This document shows positions 1 to 12,368 of a DNA stretch of 64,000 nucleotides, piece after piece. The notes beneath the pieces are model-generated. The model was not told the origin of the DNA, searched no databases, and was given only the letters and a program-made list of their open reading frames with translations. Made by a program: the position numbers and the translations under genes. Where the stretch lies: the NCBI GenBank assembly GCA_964188305.1, contig OZ076888.1. One strand, written 5' to 3'. The stretch's first letter is position 1, and the number at the start of each line of letters is the position of its first letter. The stretch is from Podarcis bocagei. Lineage: Eukaryota.

Positions 1-229
1 TGGTTTCTCCTTTCCGTTTCTCAGGCATATTGCTTCAATTACACAGACACTATCTCTCCTGTCTGGGATTATTCTGGTGTTATATCTTCCAGTGTTGGTG
101 CGAGAGCGAGAGCGAGAGCGCAAACATGGTGCTAACCCTGTTTCATAGGGTTAGGGGAAAGGCCACATTAACCTCTTTTCAGTTGTAACTATTTTGAGGA
201 AACTTGAGGGTAAACAGGTAGCTTTAACT

Positions 230-367
230 CAGGCACCCCCAAACTCAGCCCTCCAGATGTTTTGGGACTACAAGTCCCATCATCCCTGACCACTGGTCCT
301 GTTAGCTAGGAATGATGAGAGTTGTAGTTCCAAAACATCTGGAGGTGGCCGAGTTTGGGGATGCCTG
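230..367. mobile_element. Palindromic hAT-type MITE (138 bp)
   Basis: TIRs CAGGCACCCCCAAACTC / GAGTTTGGGGATGCCTG, internally palindromic, perfect 8-bp TSD CTTTAACT (222-229, 368-375). Confidence 0.85.
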
Positions 368-571
368 CTTTAACTCTTTAATAAAAAAAGAGGAAGGTTA
401 TCATGGGCGTTCCCTAAATGGTCTGTATTGGGAATGTTGCAATTTAATTTGTTTGCCATCTTGACTGTGGATCAGTGAAGTACTCAGGTTTGTAGATGAC
501 ACCAGATTATTTTAATAGACAAGCTGTTGTTTGGTGGTAAAGCATATGGTAGTGCATGTGGAATGTGCTGT

Positions 572-822
572 AGGTAAAGGTAAAGGAACCCCTGACCATT
601 AGGTCCAGTCATGGCCAACTCTGGGGTTGCGGCGCTCATCTCGCTTTATTGGCCTAGGGAGCCAGTGTACAGCTTCCAGGTCATGTGGCCAGCATGACCA
701 AGCCGCTTCTGGCGAACCAGAGCAGCGCACGGAAACGCCGTTTACCTTCCCGCCGGAGCAGTACCTATTTATCTACTTGCACTTTGATGTGCTTTCGAAC
801 TGCTAGGTTGGCAGGAGCAGGG
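572..822 (-). mobile_element. Sauria-type SINE, 5'-truncated
   Basis: (ACCTTT)n tail on minus strand; body matches copies at 4049, 34155, 56202, 58935. Confidence 0.8.
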
Positions 823-1829
823 TAATATCATGCAATTCCATTTAAAAGTACCTCTAGTCGCAGGGCTGTGAAATACCTTGGAATGACAGCAGCTCTTTAG
901 AGTAGGGATAGCCAGTTTGTTTGTTTGTTATTACAACTTCCATCAGCTTCAGCTAGCATGGCCAGTTGTCAGGTTGTAGTCCACAACATTTGGATCAGGT
1001 GTGTGGAATATTTGGCTCTCCAGATGTTGCAGAACTCCAGCCTCCATGGACAATAGCCAGACTTAATCCTGGATCTTGGGGGACCTTTAGAAACAGTATG
1101 GGATATAGCTAGCTGAAGAAAGAAGAGAAATTGAAAGAAACCACCCCCCTTCCAAGAATGGAGGAGCAACATGGGATCCTCGCCAATGTAGTGGCCTCTT
1201 ACTTAAGCCCTCTGCTGAAAGCTTATGAATGGTTCATTTCTCTTTATTACTGGAAATATGTGCCCTCGATAATTTCACATGAATCTAATCTAGCCAATAA
1301 AGTCTGTTCCAGGACTTGCTTTCTTTATAATGGGCACACTACAGTCATATTGACTGTGTTTGGTACTCCTTTCATGATAAGATAAATGTTCCTTTTTTTT
1401 TTTTTTTGCTCTTTGTTCTGCTTCTAGTGACCAGATGTGTAGGTGAATATTTTCATTGATTGCTACAATTTATTTGGCTCTTGAGAAGAGAACACTACCC
1501 CACCTTTCCCAATGGCTTTTCCATCTGGATGGCAGTTTCAAATCTCATCTTAATAGAACATTTAAAAAGTGAGAAGGGTACTTGTAAAACTTTCCTAAGC
1601 TATAATTAGGAAGCTGGAGGTTTTCTCTGTGCAGTAAACAGTAGTTTAGCAGTAAATTGAGCCATTATTCAAACAGAACAGAGTACAGTTGACAGCTATG
1701 TCTGCATGTCAGCCCATTTCACAGTTACTTGCTTAACTCACATCTCATAAAGTGGAATAAATGTTTATTTGCTAATTATAAGTAAAACTGTCTCTCACCC
1801 ACCCAACCCTAATCTTTCTACAAAGTACT

Positions 1830-2192
1830 GCTGGTGGTCAACAAAAGAGATTTAAAGACTGTCTTAAGGCAAAATTTAAAAATGTAGTATAAACGCCAAC
1901 AATTGGGAAACACTTGCCTGCGAGCACTTCAATTGGAGAACAGCCTTTACCAAAGGTGTCATGGGCTTTGAAGACACTCGAACTCAGGACTCAAGGGAGA
2001 AACGTTCTAAGAGGAAGGCACGCTTGGCAAATACACACCGTGATCAACTCCTGCCCAGAAACCAATGTCCCCACTGTGGAAGTACGTGTGGATCCAGAAT
2101 TGGCCTCCACAGTCACTTACGGACTCATTGTTAAAACTGCGTTTATGGAAGACAGTCTTACTCGGCTACAAGTGATCGCCAAAGAAGAAGAC
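1830..2192 (+). mobile_element. RTE-clade LINE 3' fragment
   Basis: Degenerate frame GGQQKRFKDCLK...WETLA...W...CPHCGSTCGSRIGLHSHLRTHC (C-terminal zinc finger), then short (GAA)n tail. Confidence 0.7.
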
Positions 2193-4048
2193 ATTTATAG
2201 TATAACAAGTTACATATTGTAGAGGCAAACTTATATGCCTGATTTTGGAGGGTGGAAATCCTTTTGGCTCTGTACCATTCCTTTAACCCATATCATCTGA
2301 ATTCAGAACAAGCTGAAACTCATGATTTTGGGGGTGGAGACAGGGGGAGAGGCACGTGAATGAACAATCTTAAAGTGTCCTGAAGTAGATGGAAGCTGTG
2401 CAGTTTTAAGTGTTCAGTGAAAGGTTGCAAAAATTGACTTCAGTAAAAACAAAAATTTGAAATATTAAAGTTGTAGTTCACTGGAGATCTCCCTATAGCC
2501 TTTCAGATGCTGTTTGACTCGAAACTCCCATCAGGTCATGCTAGCAGGGACTGGTGGTATCTAAGAGACAAACAGCATCTTGAGAGCCACAGGTTCTCCA
2601 CTCCTGTTGCAGAAGAATGCAGTGTGCCTAAAATTAAAATAGGAAAGAAGAATCTGGTCCCAGGCATGATTTCTTGCATTCTGTGGCAGCAGCAACTTCA
2701 GAGGTGTAGAAGCATTTTCAGATGGTTCAGAGAGAGAATTATTACTTGAATTTTGAGGTTCTCTCACAACACACACACACACATGCATACTCATTTGTTT
2801 TTCTGTGATGTGATCTCACATAGCGGAATGTTGTGTGTGAATGACACAACCATGTGGTAGGGACAGATTGAGTGGTATTTTCCCATGTAGTCAGCATGAT
2901 ATCGCAATACAGAAAAGCAGCTCCCACGCAACTGCAGCTAGGTGTGAAGGGCACCTGGGACTTGCTAGCTTGTCAGCAAATAGTCTGTTTTGACGACACT
3001 GTGCCAGTGAAGCCACAAGTTCAGCCACTACTTTCGGAAAATCTGAGCAGTGTTAAACCTGTTACCAATAATTGGGGTTTGTTTTGGGTTTTCCATTCAT
3101 TCATTCTTACTCACTCCCAGTTCTTTCTTCTTCTGTTGCTGCATATTATCCTAGAAGAGCCCCTCAACTTCATGTCTAGGATATTCTGGCATATTCAACG
3201 AAGAAGGCAACTTTTTATAGTTTACAGAGTAGGGATGGAAGGTTATATCACTTCTGGTTCTCTCAGTGTCTAGTTTTCCAATCTTCAGTCCACTTCTCTA
3301 CAATGTGCAACAATTTGCTTTTTTACATATAAAAAAACATCATGGAAATTATTTATCAGTTTTGTGCAAATTTCTCCGAATAAACACATTTTGAAATGCA
3401 GGCTTGATTGGTATACATATTTTTGCAAGCAGTTTTCCCTAGTACAATTGATTTTTCTATTTTTTTTTCATTAATATTTTCTTTTTGATGCACACTTTGC
3501 CATAGATTATGCATTTTTGTAAACACTGGTTGGGGAATTGCATTGCAAAATTTGGATGAGTGCAAATTTTGAAGGCTATCTGTGTTTCATTTCATATATG
3601 GAGAGGTAGGAGTCTGGATGCGTCATTTTCTCTTGAATCCAAGGCAGTTAACTCATTGGAACTCACATTTTTTTCAAGCATTTCAAGATGGAAGGGGGTG
3701 GGATTAGGGAGATTTTAAGAAGAGAACAGAAACCTTCTCTATGCTCAAGTAGTAGCAAGAAGAAAGCATTGAGTGGAAGATAATGGACTTTCATAGCTGA
3801 TTAGGGCACATCTCTATCGCTTGCTTATAGGACATAGAACCAACTCCTAAGAAAAGTTTAGGAGAAGAGCATAGTAGATTCAAGAATACAATCCTGTCTG
3901 CCACAAGCCCAGAATGTAGAAGGAACATTTTTAAATTTTTGGTAATGGTAATACTTAAGTTTCTAATGCAATCAAATCAGCAGGGTATAAAGCCCAGTAG
4001 CTTACCAACTCTTTATAGAGCCAAATAAGTAAGATTCTGATATTTGGG

Positions 4049-4384
4049 CCACTGAGCCTAGGACTTGCCGATCAGAAGGTTGGTGGTTCGAATCCCCAAG
4101 ATGGGTTGAGCTCCCGTTGCTCGGTCCCAGCTCCTGCCAACCTAACAGTTCGAAAGCATGTCAAAGTGCAAGTAGATAAATAGGTACCGCTCCGGTGGGA
4201 AGGTAAATGGCGTTTCTGTGCACTGTTCCAGTTTCACCAGAAGCGGCTTAGTCATGCTGGCCACATGACCCAGAAAAACTGTCTGCGGACAAACGTTGGG
4301 CCTCGGCCAGTATAGCGAGATGAGTGCCACAACCCCGGAGTCATCTGCAACTGGACTTAACTGCCAGGGGTCCTTTACCTTTAC
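4049..4384 (+). mobile_element. Sauria-type SINE
   Basis: B-box GGTTCGAATCC in head, conserved body, CCTTTACCTTTAC tail. Confidence 0.8.
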
Positions 4385-4968
4385 AACAAGTTTGTAAACC
4401 ATAGTTAGGATTTGATTTAATATACATGTCTAGGTTAGCAGTCTGAGCATGATTTTCAATCTCTATAGAGTGACTGGACTATTTCCTGTACATAGTGCAA
4501 AATCACACATATAACCAATAAGACAGTTGTAGCCAGCATGGGTAGTCTCAGTCAGCATGACCAATGATAAGGGCCACTGGGAGTTGAAGTCTAACATTGG
4601 AAGGCACTGTAGTGGTTACTCCTGATATAAAAACACTTCATGTGCTTTAAAATGCAACCCTAAATACCTTTTCTGACTTCAGATCCTGAACTGATGACTT
4701 AAGCTTGTCATCAATCTTGTTTTTTATTCCTTCTAGACTCTTTATTATATAACAGTAGTCAAGGTTTTTTTTTTCTTGTGAAAGGCTAGCTCTAAGGGTG
4801 CTGGATTTAAGGTCTGAATTTGTGGGGATAAATAAAGGCATATGACTTTCAACCAATGGGGACAGTACCTGCAAATAAGTGCTATAGAGAACTGACGTGC
4901 TTCTTCTGCTCAGTCCTTAACTTTGTCTGCTTCCCCCTCTCCTTTTAGATTGTTTTGGGTTAGGAATC

Positions 4969-5224
4969 ATGAACGGGCGTCTTCCTCTCCTCTTTGCTGC
5001 CTTGATTTCTGCGTGCCTTTGCTTCCCACCGAGTCCTCTGTCTCTTGAGGAACTGGGCTCAGACATTGGGATCCAAGTTTTTAATCAGCTGGTCAAAAGC
5101 AGGCCGAAGGAGAATGTTGTGGTTTCCCCGCATGGAATTGCATCCGTACTTGGAATGCTTCAACTTGGAGCCGATGGCAAGACAAAGAAACAGCTAACAA
5201 CCGTGATGAGATACAGCGTAAATG
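4969..5224 (+). CDS. SERPINE2: Serpin E2 / protease nexin-1, coding exon 1 (signal peptide; acceptor at 4948)
   Basis: MNGRLPLLFAALISACLCF...SLEELGSDIGIQVFNQLVKSRPKENVVVSPHGIASVLGMLQLGADGKTKKQL; donor GT at 5225. Confidence 0.97.
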
Positions 5225-5860
5225 GTCAGTTGTTTTGATCTGTTGTTGTGGGCTTTGGGGTCTTTGTGTTCTTATGGGAAATTGCGGTATAGGTGAGAAT
5301 TATTTTAGTCACTGATACAAAGTGGGTTTGATAGCAAGAACAGTAGATACTGTGTTTGAGAACACTAGCCAGTTATCTTGGTCTAGTGTGTATTAAATAA
5401 GTGACAGTGAAGCAGTATCTCTAATACCCGAAGGCATCTTTGGGCACAGTGTGAAGCATTGATGCTAAACACAGTAAGTTCAACAAGGACTGTCCTCGTG
5501 GTTCCAAAGAAAACAGAGTTGAGTATCATTGACAGGCTTGTAGGGGATGAATAAAATGCCCCTTTATGTGGGACTGACAGCTTTTCATGCCTGCCTCCAG
5601 ATGTTGACTAAAATATCCCTGCATTTAGTGATAAATCCCCACAGTACTGTTGTGGTATCAAACTGTACAGCCTTTCCAAAGTTCTGCTTTTCTGCTCAGG
5701 ATCTTTCTTTTGTCAGGCTGCATTCCTGACACTGGCAGGCATCAGGGTTGCATTCCTAGCCAGTAACCCTCCCTTGACAGGAGCTCACTAGACCTTGTTG
5801 CCTCCCTGGGTGTTTTGCAAGTGCCAGTATGATTTACAAGCACATTTCAGAATGGTAGTA

Positions 5861-6195
5861 CAGTGGTGCCTCGCAAGACGAAAAGAATCTGTTCTGTGAT
5901 TTTCTTCGTCTAGCGGTTTTTTCATCTTGCGAAGCAAGCCCATTGACGTATTGGCGAATTAGCGCTATTAGCGGCTTTTAGCGGCTTATCGGCTGATCGG
6001 ATCAGCTGATAAGCGGCTTAGCGGCTTAGAAAAAAGGGGGAAAGGGGGGAAAAACCGCAGGAACTCACAAGACATTGTCGTCTTGCGAAGCAAGCCCATA
6101 GGAAATTCGTTTTGCGAAGCAACTTCAAAACGGAAAACTCTTTTGTCTAGCGAGTTTTCCGTCTTGCGAGGCATTCGTCTTGCGGGGCACCACTG
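5861..6195. mobile_element. Tc1/mariner (pogo/Tigger-like) MITE
   Basis: TIR CAGTGGTGCC(T/C)CGCAAGACG, TA on both sides; related copy at 10246. Confidence 0.85.
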
Positions 6196-7186
6196 TACCA
6201 CCGTAAACATAACTCACTCTATCAATACTTTCCTCCCCAAAGATACTAATTATAATGGAACATTTCCCTATGCCTACTGAAACAAGAATGCTTTAATGTA
6301 CTAGCAAGTACACTATTGCACCATGACTTATTTTTTCTTTCGGGAAATAGAAATCACATATTGCTGAGTCCTTTTCCAAACCCTGAAGATAAGAACTCTT
6401 TTGTGGAGTAATCTTGAATACCAAGAATTGTATACCTAATAGATCTATTTAAATCATCTGCAAGCATCTTGGTCCGCTGATATTTTTTCCTGATTATATT
6501 CAGACCATTCTGGTCACGGAACTCCCTACACCAAAGTTTAAGTACTGTACTTTTCCCCAGCCACTTTGCATTGGAACGCCAAACAGCATGACCCCTTCAT
6601 GGTAGGCAAAGCAATTCCTTTCATGGAACTATAGGCCCTAGAGTATGTCTTTAGTAAACATGGTTTAGCAAACAGAAGAGCTAGCAGCAAGTCACAGCCT
6701 AGTTCTATCATTTGCCCACAGTGAATTGCTTAAATAAATTGGTAGCAGTGCCCAGAATTTGCTCTGAGGGTGCACAATGGGTAAAACGGCAATATTGCAA
6801 CCAACCCAAGTGTAGCACTGTGATTATATTCATGCCCACAAACAGTGGGTACCTTTCTCAAGGATGCTTTATCTCTCTTGCAGCTCATCTGTTAAGTGCA
6901 TTTGATCGATCTGTTGTCTTGGTACATTGCTTGAACTTCGAAAAAGGGGCTGTCTGTTGGGCATGTTCCATAATGCCTAAGGTTTGCTCGGCTCTGGAAT
7001 CCAAACGCATTTGGAAGTAGATTCCACTGGAATAATTGGAGCTTGCCTCTGAATGAACATGCCCCTGATCACAGGTTTAGGTGGCTTCTAAACATGTTTG
7101 TGTGCTTACTAGTGCTTATTTTGAAGAGGATATTTTAAGCATTTATTATTTTTTTAACTAAAGATTCTTGCTTGTTTTTCAATCAG

Positions 7187-7414
7187 GAGTTGGCAAAGTA
7201 CTGAAGAAGATAAACAAAGCCATAGTCTCAAAGAAGAATAAAGATCTTGTCTCAATTGCAAATGCTGTCTTTGCAAAAAGTGGCTTGAAACTGGAAGTGC
7301 CTTTTGTTTCAAGAAACAATGAAGTCTTTCAGTGCAATGTTAAGAGTGTGAACTTTGAGGACCAGAACACTGCATCTGATACTATCAACCAGTGGGTCAG
7401 AAATGAGACCAAGG
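7187..7414 (+). CDS. SERPINE2: SERPINE2 coding exon 2 (basic heparin-binding helix D)
   Basis: GVGKVLKKINKAIVSKKNKDLV...INQWVRNETK; AG/GT flanks, 228 nt. Confidence 0.97.
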
Positions 7415-9613
7415 GTATGTGATACCAAACAGCTAACTTGTCTCTCCCCTCCCCTCCCCCCCCCCCGCCTTGTTATCCCATCTGTCTTGTTTCTGCTCTG
7501 GTTATTAGATTTATCTCTCTTCCCACTCTTATTCACTACTACTAACATGTAGACCATAAGCTACTTGGAGAAGGAACTGCTCTGTTTTGATTTGGTTATA
7601 ATGTAAAGCACATTGATGGAGTAGAATAGTAATAAAAAGTGTCTTGGATTGGGCAATATACCTTTGCGTCCCTGGTCCCCAGCACCCCTGACTTAGTGAA
7701 CAAAGCAGGTAGAACACAGTGTTTGGGGTCAAATAAGGCCACAACTTTCTTAATTACACATGTTAAGAGGTTTGGCATAGACACTGGGTGTAACCATAGA
7801 AGTCCATCCTTCAGTTTGATTGCGTCTTTCTGGGCCCGGAACCAAAAATGTTGTATTTGCAGAGTCCTGTACACAGCGGAATGATGAGCAGTATGTGCCA
7901 CATGCTTAACTTTGCTTTATTTTCACTTCAATGTTGAGAGATTACAAACATGCATCTTGCCTCTGCGGGAGCAGAGAAGCAACCGTCCTTCTCCTTGGAA
8001 CAAAGAACACCGAGAGAAGAATGAAAAACAGGAAACCAGTGTACGTCACATCCAGTCTCCCATTCCCGTGGGAAACCCAACAGTACTCTGACTGTGGAAT
8101 GCAAAACATTGTCCCGTGGCAGGCACTTCGCTGCACAGTGAAGAAAGCAGAAACCAACATAGACACTGGGTGTAACCATAGAATATCCATCCTGCCAGCT
8201 GGAAGTATTATGGTAGGGGTCTATCCAGAGGCAGGGAGGACCTATGACTTAAATCAAATAGGTTGGCCCCCATAGGGTTGCCACCTTGAGGAGTGCTGTG
8301 GCCCTAGATCCCACTTGGTGCTTGGAAAAGGCATTTCCGGTTCCAGTATTCTTTTAATGGGATGCCCCTTTCCCTAGGAGAGGCAGGCAGAGGCTTACAA
8401 CCTCCCCCCCAACAAGCCAGCCCAATGCCAAAAGCATCACCTGTGTCTTGGATTTGGCAGTATCCCTTTCTGGAGCCTCTAGTCCCTGCTGCAACTGGTC
8501 TCTTCCTCTTCAGCTTAACATTTCTTTCCAAATTCTTTGAAAAACTGAGCTTTAAACATCTGAAGCAATTAGATTGATTTTGTACACCCTGTCTGCGAGT
8601 ACAGACTGTTCTTTTAAACATATAAAGTGTAAATCAAACTACAAAATGACGATTAATATCAAATCTTTTTCACTAAACTTGTAACATCCTCTTGACTACA
8701 TTATCTTCTGTGTGAGCACACAGGTAGTGGCAATTTCCTTGATACTCGCTTATCTCACTGTTTTGCCAAGAACTTTCCCTCCTTGGGCTTTTCTTTATAT
8801 CCACTCCTTTGATTGTTCTTTGTTCTTTTTTATAATGAGATCTCAAAGAAAAAGCACCAATGGCAAATAAAGTGGGTAGCATTTGGGCCAGGGAGAAAGC
8901 TGAACGTTATTGAAGCCCATTGATTTCCTGTTTGTAAACTCATAGTGTTTAGTAAATTGCTTACTGATGTATATTACTTTTTTTAAAAAACCCAAAACAC
9001 TAATAAAAAAGCCCATGGACTGATTTGCCCCTGGAATTTAGGGGAAGATTTCTGCATAAATGCCAGAAATCTTGAACTTTGGGGGGGTTTGTGCGTGGAG
9101 GCTTCAAGATGCCTCAAGATGCATGCTGATCACAAGTCTGGCACACATGTGTACAGAAGGACAGCAAGATCTTTGAACACCCTTTAGAAACCCTTCCCCA
9201 GCTTGTTGCCCTCCAGATGTTTTGGATCATAACTCCCACCAGCCACATATGAGAGGGCATCAGCTTGGGGAAGGCTACTTTAGTACAAGATGGATTTCAA
9301 TGGGTTTGATCCAGGCAAACCTCCAAGTGTATTGAGAAGATTTGAAGAAAGTTTGGCAGTGACCCAAGGCTAGTTCCAGGGGTTGGGAGCTCTATACCCT
9401 CTATCAATCTTTCTTGTGCTTTACTAAATCACAGTTGAACTCCAGCATGGGTCTTCTGTGCATTCTCTTGGTCTGAATCTTCTTGTAGCTTTTATTTAAT
9501 GTAGCTTGGTATTGAATTGTTCCCCCCCCCCCAGCCCCTTCTCCCTTTCAGCTTTTATGATTAATAAGCTTTTTCTGCTCGTAAAGTATAGGGTTTTCTT
9601 TTGTGCTTTTCAG

Positions 9614-9811
9614 GTATGATAGACAGCATCGTATCTCCGGATTCTCTTGATAGTGAGCTGACCAGATTGGTGCTGGTAAATGCAGTATACTTTAAGGGAC
9701 TATGGAAATCACGTTTCCAGCCAGAAAACACAAAAAAGCGAACATTTAACGGAGCTGATGGAAAGACTTACCAAGTGCCTATGCTGGCTCAGTTGTCAGT
9801 GTTCCGATGTG
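9614..9811 (+). CDS. SERPINE2: SERPINE2 coding exon 3
   Basis: GMIDSIVSPD...TRLVLVNAVYFKGLWKSRFQPENTKKRTF...VPMLAQLSVFRC; 198 nt. Confidence 0.97.
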
Positions 9812-10245
9812 GTATGTTCAATAATTTTTTTTTCTTTGCTGGACTGTTTTTTTTTGCTCTAGAGTGGATTTCATCCTTAAAGCAGCAGGTGCCCATCTTG
9901 CCTGCTTTTCCCCAGTTTCTGAGGAAGGCAAGGTAAAAAAACTGGAGAAACTCAACATGTCTAAAACTATGAAAGAGTACATGCTAAATTTTGTAGTGAT
10001 GTTGGAAGGTACAAAGCATGAGAACAGCAATGGTTTTGCTGGTATGGCTCTGCACGACAGATAGGGAACCTGTGGCCCTCCAGATGTTGTAGAACTACAA
10101 GTTCCATCATCCCTGGCTTTGGGCTGTTCTTCCTGGGGTTGATGGGAACTGGAGTGTGTGGAAATGTCATTGTTTCTTTGGTGTGTGCACCCACTAGTAT
10201 TGATGCTATCTACGGCCCCCTTTTTATCCTAAGCTTGGCTATGTA

Positions 10246-10498
10246 CAGTGGTGCCTCGCAAGACGAAAATAATTCGTTCCGCGGGTCTTTTCGTCTTGCG
10301 ATGTTCTTCGTCTTGCGAAGCACGGTCCGTCGCAACTGCGCCTCTTCAAGCGGCTTTAAAAAAAAAGCGCAAGACGTTTTCGTCTTGCGAAGCAAGCCCA
10401 TAGGGAAATTCGTCTAGCGAAGCAACGCAAATCCGAAAAACCCTTTCGTCTAGCGAGTTTTTCATCTTGCGAGGCATTCGTCTTGTGGGGCACCACTG
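10246..10498. mobile_element. Tc1/mariner (pogo/Tigger-like) MITE, same family as 5861
   Basis: Same TIR CAGTGGTGCC, TA flanks. Confidence 0.85.
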
Positions 10499-11691
10499 TA
10501 GTTGCCATTTCTTGGCCAGTAACACTTTGATTAGCTCACATTCTCTCTGATTCCTTTGAAAAATACTTCATGATGATTTCAGTTGCCTTGGGGGAGGCAG
10601 CTAATGTAAGTCTCTGCCTGCTGAGAAAGAAGTGATTCAGCATGAGCATTTTAAATCTTGTAACATTTCCAAACTCAGTTCCAATGTAACATAGGGTGTG
10701 TTTGAACAAAAGGAAGTGTTTTTGAAGAATGCGGAACCAGTGGCCTTGCAGATGATGGTGGATTCCAGCTCCCGTTAGCCCCAACTAGCATGGTCAGTAG
10801 TCTGGGAAGATGGGAGTTGTAAGTCAACAACAACTGGGAGGCCACAGAGTTCCCAATCCTGTGCTACTTTATCCCTTTCAGAATTCCCTCTTCCAATGAG
10901 ATGTGGTCAGGTGTCCTTTCATTCTTGGCAGCAATCCAGCACTAACAGCTCCGATCTTCTGTTGAAACATTTTGTGTTGATAGATAGCATATGGTCTTCC
11001 TAATAAGCATTAGTACTCTCATCCCCTTAAAGAAACCCAAGCTGGATTAACAGGTTTTAGCTCCATAATTCATAATTAAACGTTCATACCTCAACACATG
11101 CATCAAATTGAGACTGAATAAAAATGGAGAGTGGGAAGTGAGAACAGCTTTTAAAAATTGCACCAGTTAATTGGGGGCCAAGCACTTATAGTGCAATATT
11201 GTGCATGTTTGCTTGGAAGAAACTCCTACTGGGTTCAATGGGCTGACTCCCTAGTAAGTGAATTAGGATTCCAGCCCACTTTGGAAAGTCTTCATTAGCT
11301 TGTTCATTTGATTAATTAAACTTGGCAACTCTAATACAAATGCTAGTTTACAAAGATTCTGTATTTCACAACAGACTATTCTTATTTGCAATACTGCAAA
11401 TCTATAATGGGATGTTTGATATTTCACGATTTCTGAAAGAGGCACCTTATTGCTAATAAAACTATTATTGTAATCTTTTGAAGTTGCCAGTTGAACCTTA
11501 CTTTATTACTAGCAGGATGCTTATTTAAATGTTGATTGTAAAGAACAATGAGAGTAACTTAAAAAGGGATAACAGGAGTCCTTAAACATTAAAAAGCTTT
11601 TCATATTTTTGTTGAAGATACCCCATTCTCCTTATAGCATATGCAGCATTTGAGAATAGAAGCTTTTTAATGAAACTCTGTAATACCAAAC

Positions 11692-12132
11692 TGTTCAGTT
11701 TCTGTTAATTGGTTCTCGTGGGAAACTTGCAGATTCTAGCTTCACCAATTAACTCAAGCTGGTGTCAATTTACTCTTGGCAGAAAGCCCAGGTCTGCTTG
11801 ACCTAGAAACTACTCGCTCTGATTGGTTAACGAGCAGCACTCAACTCTGTTATCAAGGGATTGCTAGCACAGTTTGGTGTGAGGTGTGTTAGGAGTTAGA
11901 AGTGCTGTGTATGGTTTTGAGAGAGAGAAAGAGAGGGTTTATTTTGCTTTTATTTGTATGCAGAAACTCTGCTGGTTTTATTTTTCCTTTTTAATAAATC
12001 CTGTAAATAGTTCTTCTGAGTCTAGCTGACTAGTCATTACTGCCGCAACTAGCTTCTTCGCTGTGCAGGAAAACTCTGCTACGTTTGGGCTAAAGCCAAT
12101 AGGGCTATGCCTGACACTCCAAAGTTCCATGA
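11692..12132 (+). repeat. Copia LTR 1 (441 bp, TG...GA)
   Basis: Direct repeat of 15867-16307, no differences found by eye; AATAAA 11993-11998; CCAAT boxes; followed immediately by PBS. Confidence 0.93.
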
Positions 12133-12156
12133 GGTTATGGGCATTGTACTGCCAGC
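12133..12156 (+). promoter_or_regulatory. Primer-binding site complementary to anticodon arm of initiator tRNA-Met (half-tRNA type)
   Basis: GGTTATGGGC directly after LTR, complementary to GCCCAUAACC of tRNA-iMet; repeated at 16308. Confidence 0.8.
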
Positions 12157-12368
12157 CTGAGTTGCGGTGGTGTCAGCATCAACGGCGTTGGTTCCAGTAG
12201 TTCCAGAAGTTGTTGTTCTCTGGCTGGTTCCTGACCGTGGTGAGCTGGTGACGCAGCGGACACAAGGACAACAGCTGCAGCGTGTGAGTGCTGGGTGCTG
12301 TGGTTCCTGTTTTCTCTCTCGGTGGTCGTGAGTAGCTGGTTCCGGGTTCCAGGGACATCGCTCTCAAG

